Assembly (NCBI GenBank): GCA_963664225.1
Contig: OY760937.1
Location: 4,256,001 to 4,320,000, forward strand
Length of the DNA: 64,000 nucleotides
Reading direction: 5' to 3'
Origin: Verrucomicrobiia bacterium
Lineage (GTDB): Bacteria; Verrucomicrobiota; Verrucomicrobiia; Limisphaerales; UBA1319
Shown here: positions 1-8,894 of the stretch, piece after piece
Position numbering within the stretch: the first letter of the stretch is position 1
How the letters are laid out: each line of letters opens with the position of its first letter
Translations under genes and position numbers: made by a program
Notes under the pieces: model-generated
Seen by the model: the letters and a program-made list of their open reading frames with translations, nothing else
Databases searched by the model: none
Told to the model about the DNA's origin: nothing

Positions 1-1402
1 ACCACATCCGGCCCTGGCGATCCTGGTGAATGGCGCTGACGACCTTTTGAATGGCGGGCGGCCCATCGATGCGTTGGAAGCGGCCATCCAGCAGGCGATA
101 CAAACCGCCGCCCCATGTGCCGGCCCAAACCTGTTTTTCGCGATTCACATACACCGACCAGACATACGCGCTGGTCAGACCCTGGTTTGCGCCAAAGCGT
201 TCCAGGGCATTCTGTTTCCAATAAGCCAAGCCGCCGCCGTTGGAGCCGATCCACACGCCCCCATCGTCATCCTCGCAGGTGGATTGCACCGCGCCGCCGG
301 TGGTGTTCAGCGCCACATCCACGACCTCGAAAATCTTGCGCTTCACGCGGTTCAGCCCGCCGCCGTCCGTGCCCACCCAGAGCGTATTCTCGCGATCCAC
401 ACTCAGCGACAGGACCACATCATGCGAAAGGCCCTGACTGGTGTTGATCCACGACGCCTTGCCCTCATCATCAAACCAGTACACGCCCACGCCCAGGGTC
501 CCGACCACCAGGTGGCCATTGCGGTCCTCGCACGCGGCGGAAACGGGTGCGCGGCCCCAGGGATAAGGCCCCAGGTCGCGTTCCATGCCGTTGGTTGACC
601 AGAGCTGAACGTGTTGGTCCGCCAGCCGCCAATAACCGCCATTCGTGCGGGAACTGGCCACCAGATAATCCACTTTTTGCACGGGTTCCTCCCGGGCGAC
701 AGGCAGTTCCAGCGTGCCGGAGGGCAGGGGTTGTTTCACCGCGCACAACCTCCAGTCCACGCCGATCCAGACCTGACCGGTGCGTTCGCAAATGATCGAG
801 CGGCAGTTGCTCGGGCGGTTCTGGCCGACTAAAAGAACATCGAAACGGCCTGCGGCATAGCGCCAGAGCTGGCCATCCGCCGTGTAAAGCCACACCCCGC
901 CCGTGGTGTCCTCGCAGGCGGACATGAGGCGCGACTCGGAGCCGCCCTGGCCCACTCCGGGCGAGAAGACCAGGCCGTCCTTGATGCGCTGGATGCCCGC
1001 AGACTCGGTTCCCACCCAAAGACCGCCCGTGGAGTCCTCGAAAATTTTGACGATGCGGCCACTGTTCAATCCGGGGGTGTTGCTTTCATCGAAAATCGAG
1101 AAGCGCTGGCCGTCGAAGCGCACCAAGCCGTTGAGCGTGCCCAGCCATAGATAGCCATCGCGCGCCTGAATAATGGAGGTGACCGAGTTTTGCGGCAGGC
1201 CGTCGTCGGTCGTCCAATTGTCGATGATGTAGGGGCTGTTGGCCCTCAGGCCCGTCGTGGAGGCCGCCTGCAGATGGGAGGCGCTCAGGCTGGCCAGAAG
1301 CCATAGCGCAATCAGAACACAGAAGCCGCGAAATGCCTGAATCAAAACTCCACGGGATTCCGCAGCGTGGGAATTGCAGTTTTTAGACAGGCGCTTAGGC
1401 AT
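1..1402 (-). CDS. Two-component sensor with periplasmic beta-propeller (Reg_prop repeats); 3' part runs off the window
   Basis: Hand translation from ATG at 1402 (missing from ORF track): signal-like N-terminus, then YIIDNWTTDDGLPQNSVTSIIQARDGYLWLGTLNGLVRFDG and repeated ED/D-x-x-G-x-LW-V-GT blades; frame open to the window edge. Confidence 0.88.
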   Translation of the reverse strand, partial: MPKRLSKNCNSHAAESRGVLIQAFRGFCVLIALWLLASLSASHLQAASTTGLRANSPYIIDNWTTDDGLPQNSVTSIIQARDGYLWLGTLNGLVRFDGQRFSIFDESNTPGLNSGRIVKIFEDSTGGLWVGTESAGIQRIKDGLVFSPGVGQGGSESRLMSACEDTTGGVWLYTADGQLWRYAAGRFDVLLVGQNRPSNCRSIICERTGQVWIGVDWRLCAVKQPLPSGTLELPVAREEPVQKVDYLVASSRTNGGYWRLADQHVQLWSTNGMERDLGPYPWGRAPVSAACEDRNGHLVVGTLGVGVYWFDDEGKASWINTSQGLSHDVVLSLSVDRENTLWVGTDGGGLNRVKRKIFEVVDVALNTTGGAVQSTCEDDDGGVWIGSNGGGLAYWKQNALERFGANQGLTSAYVWSVYVNREKQVWAGTWGGGLYRLLDGRFQRIDGPPAIQKVVSAIHQDRQGRMW

Positions 1403-1580
1403 GAAGCATTTTTCCCGCGTCACGGTGACGGTGTAAAGGTATTTATTGGGGGATGAAGGGGCGGGCCGTGTACAGCTATTCGCGAAAAAATGCCGTAGGA
1501 TGGATCTGGCAATTTCACTTTTCCAAAACGGATTGGTCCTCCAGAATGGGCACGGCCGTGCATTACACGCAAACAAATCG

Positions 1581-1913
1581 ATGACCCGGGGCGAATATCA
1601 ACAACGCATGCGGAGGCTGCGGTGGGAACGCCTTCTGACTGGCGTGGTGCTGGGGGCGTTGTGGCTGCTGGCGGTGACCGGCATTGCCTCGGAACGGGTT
1701 GCGGGAGGAGGACATCGGTGGGTGGTTGCGGGTGTGGCGGTGGTTGGGTTGATGGGTGCGTATGGATTATGGGCCATCTGGATCGCCCGGGCGGTAAAAA
1801 AGAATGACCTGCTTTGCCCGAATTGCTGCCGTTCGCTGGGTGGAAAACCGGCTTTCCCTGGGGAGGAGTTGCGCTGTCCCCACTGCGGAATTTCCATTTT
1901 TTCCAAGTCTTGA
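1581..1913 (+). CDS. Small two-TM membrane protein with C-terminal zinc ribbon
   Basis: Two hydrophobic segments followed by CPNCC...CPHC; ATG at 1581 chosen over the upstream TTG. Confidence 0.65.
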   Translation: MTRGEYQQRMRRLRWERLLTGVVLGALWLLAVTGIASERVAGGGHRWVVAGVAVVGLMGAYGLWAIWIARAVKKNDLLCPNCCRSLGGKPAFPGEELRCPHCGISIFSKS

Positions 1914-1971
1914 TCCGTGGTCGGACGCGAAAACGGCGTTACACGATTTTTGAACACCTTCCGAGGGTGAC

Positions 1972-1999
1972 TTGACACTCTGAGCGGCTATGAGAAAAT
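1972..1999 (+). promoter_or_regulatory. Putative sigma70 promoter for the TPR-mtnA genes
   Basis: TTGACA-N16-GAAAAT with TG extension, 15 nt before ATG 2015. Confidence 0.4.
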
Positions 2000-2014
2000 G
2001 ACGCGTCTAGTTGT

Positions 2015-2431
2015 ATGGCGAAAAATAGTTCAAGAGATGTAAGATTGAGCCGAAATGAACGGCGAAACCTGGATGTGGAAATCAGCTTCGTCGAAGGGGT
2101 GATCCGTCGCGATCCCCAATTCGTCGAGGCGTTGCGCATTCTGGGCGACGATTACACCCGGCGGGGCCGGTTTGTGGACGGGTTGAAAGTGGACGAGCAG
2201 TTGATCCAGTTGCGTCCTGACGATTCGCTGGCCCATTACAACCTGGCGTGCAGCTACGCGCTGACGGACCGGTTCGTGCAGGCGGCGTCCACGCTCGAAA
2301 AAGCCATTATATTGGGCTACAACGACTTCAGATGGCTGATGCGCGATCCTGATTTGAAGGAATTTCGCAAGCATCCCTTGTTTGTGCCGATCCGGAAACG
2401 CATCAAAGCCAGTCAGGTCAAAATCCGTTAA
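2015..2431 (+). CDS. TPR-containing protein
   Basis: TPR-like helices (AHYNLACSYAL...A...LEKAI.LGY) and a DPDL C-terminal motif. Confidence 0.8.
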   Translation: MAKNSSRDVRLSRNERRNLDVEISFVEGVIRRDPQFVEALRILGDDYTRRGRFVDGLKVDEQLIQLRPDDSLAHYNLACSYALTDRFVQAASTLEKAIILGYNDFRWLMRDPDLKEFRKHPLFVPIRKRIKASQVKIR

Positions 2432-2442
2432 CCGGACAATTC

Positions 2443-3555
2443 ATGAACGTTACGATCGGCGGAAACACCAGGCACTACCGAACTGTCGATTTCAACGTTT
2501 CCGATAACGCCGTGATGCTCATCGAGCAGCGGCTGCTTCCGCACGAGTTCCGCATTGTGGCGATTCCCGACTACGAGCAAACCGCCCTAGCGATTCGTGA
2601 CATGGTGGTGCGCGGAGCGGGGGCCATTGGGGCGACGGCGGCTTATGGACTGGCACAGGGGGTCCGGGCGTTCCAAGGCACTGACCCCGAGGCGTTTCAG
2701 GCGCATCTGGAGGCGGTATATCAGACTTTGAAAAATGCGCGGCCCACGGCGGTGGATCCGGTCAATGCGATGGACCAGGTGCGGTCGGCCATGGCGGGGA
2801 AGGACACGGTGGCGGGATGGCAGGAGCGCGCGCTAAAGGCCGCACATGCGTTTGCGGAAGAGGATGTTGTGCATTGCGCGGCCATTGGAAAACAGGGTGC
2901 CTCCCTGATCCAAGAGGGCGCGACCGTTCTGACACACTGCAACGCGGGTTGGCTGGCGTTCGTGGATATCGGCTCGGCCACAGCCCCCATTTACGAGGCG
3001 CAGGCGCAGGGGCGGAAATTTCATGTTTTCTGCGACGAAACGCGTCCACGATCGCAGGGTGCGACACTGACCGCGTGGGAACTGGCGCAGCAAGGCGTTT
3101 CACACCAGATACTTGCGGACAATGCGGCAGGGCATTTCATGCAGCGCGGAGCCATCTCGATGGTGATCACGGGGAGCGACCGGGTGATCGGCCGGACGGG
3201 GGATGTGGCCAACAAGATCGGAACCTATACGAAAGCCGTTCTGGCGAAACGACATGGGATTCCGTTTTACGTGGCCATTCCGCTGTCCACGGTTGACTGG
3301 CGGTTGACCGGAGGCATGGAAATACCGATCGAGGAACGTGGCGAAGAGGAAGTGCTGGGGGCCTGGGGTGTGAATGCACAGGGGAAATACGAGTGGGTGC
3401 GGGTGGCCAATCCCACGAGCCATGCGCGGAATCCTGGATTCGATGTGACCCCGGCGGAATTGATCACTGGGATCATCACGCCCGAGGGAATCTTCAAGCC
3501 CGGCGATCTCTGGAAAAACCGCCGACTCCTGGGTTGCCCGGAGACTGTGGCGTAG
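2443..3555 (+). CDS. mtnA: S-methyl-5-thioribose-1-phosphate isomerase
   Basis: Motifs MVVRGAGAIG, ARPTAV, LTHCNAG, DETRP, ANKIGTY, NPGFDVTP. Confidence 0.95.
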   Translation: MNVTIGGNTRHYRTVDFNVSDNAVMLIEQRLLPHEFRIVAIPDYEQTALAIRDMVVRGAGAIGATAAYGLAQGVRAFQGTDPEAFQAHLEAVYQTLKNARPTAVDPVNAMDQVRSAMAGKDTVAGWQERALKAAHAFAEEDVVHCAAIGKQGASLIQEGATVLTHCNAGWLAFVDIGSATAPIYEAQAQGRKFHVFCDETRPRSQGATLTAWELAQQGVSHQILADNAAGHFMQRGAISMVITGSDRVIGRTGDVANKIGTYTKAVLAKRHGIPFYVAIPLSTVDWRLTGGMEIPIEERGEEEVLGAWGVNAQGKYEWVRVANPTSHARNPGFDVTPAELITGIITPEGIFKPGDLWKNRRLLGCPETVA

Positions 3556-3614
3556 CGCGTTTACCGTTTGCGGGATTTGGAAGAACCGCGCAGAAGGTGG
3601 TATGCTGGGGCATT

Positions 3615-3896
3615 ATGACAAAACTAACCCAGGCACAAATCGAAACGGCGCTGGCGGGCCTGCCGGACTGGAAACAAACCGGGCACACGATCCGGCGCAC
3701 TTACACTTTCGAGGATTTCAACGGGGCATTAAAATTTGTCAACGCGGTTGGCAAACTCGCCGAAAAGGCCGGACATCACCCCGATATCGACATTCGCTGG
3801 AACAAGGTCACGCTGTCGTTGACCACGCATAGCGAAGGGGGTTTGACAGCCAATGACCCCAAATTGGCGGCGGAATGCGACCGGGTGAAAATGTGA
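3615..3896 (+). CDS. phhB: Pterin-4-alpha-carbinolamine dehydratase
   Basis: AEKAGHHPDIDIRWNKV.L.LTTHSEGGLT; start moved to ATG 3615. Confidence 0.9.
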   Translation: MTKLTQAQIETALAGLPDWKQTGHTIRRTYTFEDFNGALKFVNAVGKLAEKAGHHPDIDIRWNKVTLSLTTHSEGGLTANDPKLAAECDRVKM

Positions 3897-3939
3897 ACCG
3901 GCGAAAAAGTGGGCATTATCGATGTCGATACTGATGCGC

Positions 3940-4557
3940 CTATGGCTCCAGATAGGGCGCGGCACCGGGCAATGTCGCCAGGGTGCCCAGACCGCCGGTC
4001 AGATTATAGACCTCCATAAAACCCAAGGCCTTCATTTTGGTTGCCGTCTGCCCGCTACGGGACCCGGAGCCGCAATAGACCAGCCAGGCTTTATTGCGAT
4101 CCAGCGTGGCCAGGTTTGAGTCGAAGGTGGCGCCGTAAAAATCCAGGTTGAGGGCTGTTTTAATGTGACGCTGGGCATACTCGGAGGCGGTGCGCACATC
4201 CAGGATGGCGAAATTGGTCTGGCCAAAGCGACTCTGCAATAAGGTCAACACTGCGGCAGCGGAATAATTCGTCACCACCTGAACCGGGGGCTTGACGGCC
4301 ACAACCCGGTAAAACATGGGCACCTTGACTTCCATGACTGTGTTGGTGGCGACCAGATTTGTTAGTCCCTGCCATGTGCTTTGCCAGGGGCCTTCGGGCG
4401 CCGACGCCCACTCCACCCGGCAGGTCCAATTCAGCGAGCTATTGGTCCATGCGAGCGTGCCGTTGCGGTCAAGCGATTGGATTGCGATCTCGTCTGCACG
4501 GGCAGTGAAACTTGCGGCCAAGAGGGCCATTAGACTTAGCAAAAACCATTGTTTCAT
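3940..4557 (-). CDS. Secreted rhodanese-domain protein with an extra N-terminal beta domain
   Basis: Signal peptide (ARA|DE); rhodanese motifs ILDVRT..EY..RHI, YCGSGSRS, VYNLTGG. Confidence 0.85.
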   Translation of the reverse strand: MKQWFLLSLMALLAASFTARADEIAIQSLDRNGTLAWTNSSLNWTCRVEWASAPEGPWQSTWQGLTNLVATNTVMEVKVPMFYRVVAVKPPVQVVTNYSAAAVLTLLQSRFGQTNFAILDVRTASEYAQRHIKTALNLDFYGATFDSNLATLDRNKAWLVYCGSGSRSGQTATKMKALGFMEVYNLTGGLGTLATLPGAAPYLEP

Positions 4558-4564
4558 AATCAAT

Positions 4565-4599
4565 AAAAAAGGGACCAGACAATTGCCTGGTCCCTTTTT
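4565..4599 (-). terminator. Rho-independent terminator after the GH106 gene
   Basis: AAAAAAGGGACCAG-acaattgc-CTGGTCCCTTTTT; stem flanked by A and T tracts. Confidence 0.75.
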
Positions 4600-4608
4600 G
4601 CTAATTTG

Positions 4609-7600
4609 TTACTTCACTGGTGACTGCACCAAAGTTCTGAAGACCACCGGACCAATGAGGCCCGAGGGTTGCAGGAGCGAGTCCTTGTGCCAGTGCTTCC
4701 AGGTGGTGAAGGTCACGCGCTGGGGCACGGGACGGGGCTCGCCTTTGACCAACCAATCAGGCCAGCGCTTGATGGTGATGCCGTTCCATTCGCAATCGTC
4801 GGGATACTGCTCGTCGCCGATCAGGCGGTTAGGCCAGAGGTTGGTCACGCGCACCTCGAGTTCGTTGTCCCCCGGCTTGGCAGCGTCCGTCACATCGATC
4901 CGGAATGGGGCTTTCCAGAGAATCCCGAGATCCTTGCCATTAAGCCCGACCTCGGCAATCACCTGCACGCGGCCCAGGTCGAGCTGGAGAATGCGGTTGG
5001 CGCCCAGGTTTTCAGCGGGGATGTTGACCGTCTTGCGATAGACCGCGGTGCCGGAGAAATACTTGATTCCCGCATCGGCATTTTCCGGCCATGAGATCAA
5101 CTGGGCCAGTGTGGCCTGCGCAGGCGCACCCCGACCTGCCTGGAACGACACGGGCCAGGGCCCGGTGACTTCGATCGATTTGGGTATCGATGCAATTTCC
5201 ACGGTCTTCTCCTGACCCGAGGTGGTGCTGAAGGTGTAGGTTCCCGCTTCGGCGGCCGCCAGAACCACATTGCCTTGGGCCATCGAAACACGCGGCCCGG
5301 GCGGCAGCAGGGCCCAGGCGTCATCGGGCAGACGCAGCTCCTGGTTTTCCTGCACGCTCACCTGTTGGGCGACGCCGTCGATGGTGTAATCGACCCGCAG
5401 TTCCTTGGGCACCATGAAGGCGGGATCGCCGCCCGCCAGTTCGTTATCCGCGCGCGCGGCCAGCATCTCGTCCTGAACACGGCCCGCCAGCTTATCGGTG
5501 ACATCAACCACTTTGAGGGTCGGCAAACCTTTCAGGCTTTCGAAGAAATGGCCATAAAAGGCACGGAGAATCTGCACCGGGCCGGTCTCACCTTTGCCCG
5601 GCAACTCCAGGAAGTTTTTCTCCGCGACGGTTACCAGATTCGTCTTTCCACCGCAGACATACTCCACGCGCATTTCCTTGACGACATTTGCGGCGGGATC
5701 GCCACCGAGTTCATTCGAGGCGGCCACGCGCACCCGTCCGTTCCTGACCTGCCCGGCAACCTTGGCGGTGACATCCACCAAACCACTCTTGCCGAGCGAG
5801 AACGCACCGTACTGAGCGCGGCGAATGACCAGCTTGGGCAGATGGCGGGCTGACGCTGCCGATGGTTTGTAAGTGAGTTTAACGAGCGCATCGTTTTGCG
5901 TGGCAGCTTTCTTGCCGAACACCACGAACACCGAGCCCGCCTGCTCCAGACTCAATGTCACCATGGTTTGATCGCCTGCCACACGCCACAGAGGCGCGGG
6001 CTGCATCTGGCCGGTTTCCGCATCCCACAACTCGGGAAGTTTCCCGGTGACCCGGAACGCACACTCGACGGACTCTGGACGGGCCTTTTGATTGGAAACA
6101 AAATAAACGTCCGCATCATCCACGATGCGGTGAATGAATGCCAGACGCGCGCCCTTGTCGACGGCGATGAAATCCGGCTTCACGCTCATTGCCGCAAGGA
6201 CCTCCTCCACCGGGCGGTTGGGAATGACTTTGCCTTTGCCGAACGCATGCTCCTCCGTCCCGCCGCCCCAGACTTCATTGGCGATTTTGGCGACCTCGGC
6301 ATCCGCCTTGGGGTAATCAGAAAGGCTGGGTGACTTCGCGGGTTTGGGAGCGATGATCGTGGCCCCGGCATTCGCCAAATCACGCACAATGCTCGCCAGG
6401 CGGGGAGTCATCCATGTGGTGTTCGGCAAAACCAATACGCGATATGCGCCGCCAACGGGCGTCATGATCATCCCGTCTTTCACCGTCAGCGAACCGATCA
6501 GGTCCGTGCCAATCGCATCGTAGTCGTAGCCTTTGGCCTTGAGATCAGGCCGATGAACGCCGCCGTTGGGGGCCGATTCGCCACCGAAAAACAGGACGTC
6601 GGCCGTGGGGCGACCCTGCTGCAAAATAGTCTGTCCGCGGGTCACGTAGGAATACCAGGCGCGGGACTGTTCCCACCAGGTATTGAAGCGTCCAAAATGC
6701 GTGCCCCATTGGCCCATGGTCATGCCCGGGACCTTATCCATCCACGGCTGGAGCGCGTAGCAATGGAAGATGAAGCGATTGAGACCCTGGCTCCAGGTCA
6801 GGTCGCCCAAGGCCTTGAGTGAGCCCGGATGATTCAGCCACTTGCCATTTTCCGGGTCCGCCGTGAACGATTCCGCGCCGACTATATTGATGCCGTGGGT
6901 ATGGGCCACCTGGGCCGCCAGCGAAACCGAACTGGATTCGCCGCCACCCGCCCAGAATTCGCCCATCACGATATCCGTTTTGGCGGCCACCTGGAGGCAC
7001 TCGAACGGCCCGTCGTAGGGTTCCATCGAGGCCATCAGGCCGTTCTTGCGGCAGAGTTCGCTGAAGTAGAAATAGTAGTTCTCCGCAAAGAGATCGCCAA
7101 TGGTGCGGCGAAAATCCCAGAGGAAACGCTCCGTGGTTTCCCCGCTGTCCACATACCGACCGCTGAGCGCGGGCAGGAAAGGAATCGGATCGTAACCGCG
7201 ACGCTTCATGAATTCCTCACGAAACTTGGGCGTCCAGTTGTTGCAGCCCACTTCGTAGCTGTCGATCAGGGAACCATTGACCGATTTGCCGGCCAGCGGC
7301 CCGAGCTTCTTGAGGATGGGATCGATTCCGTCCGCCCAGTGGGCGTCCATGGCCTCGCGGCTCATCTTGTCGATCTCCAGGCCCCGTCCGGCATCCGGCG
7401 CGGGAGCGTTCTCCTTGCCCGTGGGAGTGTGCCCGACTCTCAGGATCGTCCAGTCGCCCGCCGGCGCGTCCCAGGTCAACTCTCCGCCCGCACCGAGTTT
7501 CGAGGTGAGGTCGATAATGCGATCACGCGGCACCACGGCATCGGCCGAAATTGCCTTGGCATCCGGCTGCATCCCGTATTCGTATGCGAAACCGAACAAC

Positions 7601-8196
7601 CCCTTCGGCTCCAGCTTGTCGATGCGCGCGCTGTCTTTGGGAGTTGGAAATGCAAGAACCGCAACGTCGCGATAATAGTCTTTTTTGGATTTGGGCTGCG
7701 GCAGCACGCCCTTGAATTGTTTGCCGCCAGCCACCTGCACCTCACTGGTCACGATCGTCTGCATGGCGTGCTCGGGCTTCACCCATGGGCCGCCGCTGGA
7801 GGACCACCCGGCGCAGTTGTGGAAGCAAATCTGCATGTCCAGGCGATCCGCCTCGGCCGCCGCAAAACGGAAAAGCTCCAGCCACTGCGGGCTCATGTAC
7901 GGCGCGGGTCCATCGGGAATACCCTCGGAGACGTTAAAGACCTCGACGCCATTGATGCCGACGTGCTTCATTGCTTCGAGATCGGCCGTGATGCCCTCCT
8001 TTGTGATATTGCCACTCATCCAATGCCACCAGGTCTGAGGCTTGGCCGATTCAGGCGGGGTGGCAAATTGCGCCGCCAGTTTTTCTCCGGGTTCGGCCGC
8101 GAGGCACTGGACACCCGCCGGGGCCAGAATTCCCAGGCTTAGAGCCGTCAAAAGCAGCCCGCTGGCCGCTCTTAATTTGTTTGTCATTTTTGTCAT
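4609..8196 (-). CDS. GH106-type alpha-L-rhamnosidase-like glycoside hydrolase with two inserted lectin-like repeats
   Basis: Signal peptide; PQTWWHWMSGNITKEGITADLEAM, GWSSSGGPW, IDSYE, MGEFW, AESFT; C-terminal LEVRVTNLWPNRLIGD...PSGLIGPV. Confidence 0.88.
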   Translation of the reverse strand: MTKMTNKLRAASGLLLTALSLGILAPAGVQCLAAEPGEKLAAQFATPPESAKPQTWWHWMSGNITKEGITADLEAMKHVGINGVEVFNVSEGIPDGPAPYMSPQWLELFRFAAAEADRLDMQICFHNCAGWSSSGGPWVKPEHAMQTIVTSEVQVAGGKQFKGVLPQPKSKKDYYRDVAVLAFPTPKDSARIDKLEPKGLFGFAYEYGMQPDAKAISADAVVPRDRIIDLTSKLGAGGELTWDAPAGDWTILRVGHTPTGKENAPAPDAGRGLEIDKMSREAMDAHWADGIDPILKKLGPLAGKSVNGSLIDSYEVGCNNWTPKFREEFMKRRGYDPIPFLPALSGRYVDSGETTERFLWDFRRTIGDLFAENYYFYFSELCRKNGLMASMEPYDGPFECLQVAAKTDIVMGEFWAGGGESSSVSLAAQVAHTHGINIVGAESFTADPENGKWLNHPGSLKALGDLTWSQGLNRFIFHCYALQPWMDKVPGMTMGQWGTHFGRFNTWWEQSRAWYSYVTRGQTILQQGRPTADVLFFGGESAPNGGVHRPDLKAKGYDYDAIGTDLIGSLTVKDGMIMTPVGGAYRVLVLPNTTWMTPRLASIVRDLANAGATIIAPKPAKSPSLSDYPKADAEVAKIANEVWGGGTEEHAFGKGKVIPNRPVEEVLAAMSVKPDFIAVDKGARLAFIHRIVDDADVYFVSNQKARPESVECAFRVTGKLPELWDAETGQMQPAPLWRVAGDQTMVTLSLEQAGSVFVVFGKKAATQNDALVKLTYKPSAASARHLPKLVIRRAQYGAFSLGKSGLVDVTAKVAGQVRNGRVRVAASNELGGDPAANVVKEMRVEYVCGGKTNLVTVAEKNFLELPGKGETGPVQILRAFYGHFFESLKGLPTLKVVDVTDKLAGRVQDEMLAARADNELAGGDPAFMVPKELRVDYTIDGVAQQVSVQENQELRLPDDAWALLPPGPRVSMAQGNVVLAAAEAGTYTFSTTSGQEKTVEIASIPKSIEVTGPWPVSFQAGRGAPAQATLAQLISWPENADAGIKYFSGTAVYRKTVNIPAENLGANRILQLDLGRVQVIAEVGLNGKDLGILWKAPFRIDVTDAAKPGDNELEVRVTNLWPNRLIGDEQYPDDCEWNGITIKRWPDWLVKGEPRPVPQRVTFTTWKHWHKDSLLQPSGLIGPVVFRTLVQSPVK

Positions 8197-8355
8197 AAAA
8201 TTCTCCGCTTCCTTCGTGATATGGGCTTGGAACAGTGAAAGCCCGAAAGGGGAATGGGTCAATAAAGAATGGGGGAATTTCCCGGTGACAATCTGCTGGA
8301 AATTGTATCCACCAGGAATCGTTTTCGATAGGATTGGACGCAACGATTCTCAACA

Positions 8356-8775
8356 ATGAAAAGCTATACTGAACATCTTTGGTTTGAGGTTCCGGGACGA
8401 CGGGGATTTGTGAACATCACGGAAACGATTGTGGGGTTGGTTCGCAAGAGCGGCGTTCGCGAGGGCCTTTGTCTGGTCAACGCGATGCATATCACCGCGT
8501 CCGTCTTCATCAACGATGCGGAGGATGGACTTTTGCACGATTACGATGTGTGGCTGGAGAAACTCGCTCCGCATGCGCCGACTTCGCATTATCAACACAA
8601 CCGCACCGGGGAGGACAACGCGGATGCACACATGAAGCGACAGGTCATGGGTCGCGAGGTGGTGGTGGCCATCACAAATGGCAAACTCGATTTCGGTCCA
8701 TGGGAGCAAATCTTTTATGGCGAGTTCGACGGGAATCGACGCAAGCGGGTGCTGGCAAAGATCATTGGCGAATGA
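8356..8775 (+). CDS. yjbQ: YjbQ/UPF0047 family protein
   Basis: [33 protein letters not shown]. Confidence 0.92.
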   Translation: MKSYTEHLWFEVPGRRGFVNITETIVGLVRKSGVREGLCLVNAMHITASVFINDAEDGLLHDYDVWLEKLAPHAPTSHYQHNRTGEDNADAHMKRQVMGREVVVAITNGKLDFGPWEQIFYGEFDGNRRKRVLAKIIGE

Positions 8776-8894
8776 ACAACGTCACCGGGCAATAGATCGG
8801 CATACGACACCCTGAACGGGAGCGGGAAACTTCACCACAGGCGCAGAGGCACGGAGGGGGCATTGCTTCCCCTGAAATTTGTCCTGCGACTCTT

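Noticed and set aside
6829..8142. Long antisense ORFs (also 15714-17078, 21597-22670, 29811-30830, 52394-53467, 61415-62590)
   Set aside because: Shadow frames of well-supported genes in GC-rich DNA, with no recognisable motifs
8833..8860. CACCACAGGCGCAGAGGCACGGAG, and TTAACCGCAGAG near 62706, resembling short intergenic repeat remnants
   Set aside because: Degenerate, no inverted partner or associated gene
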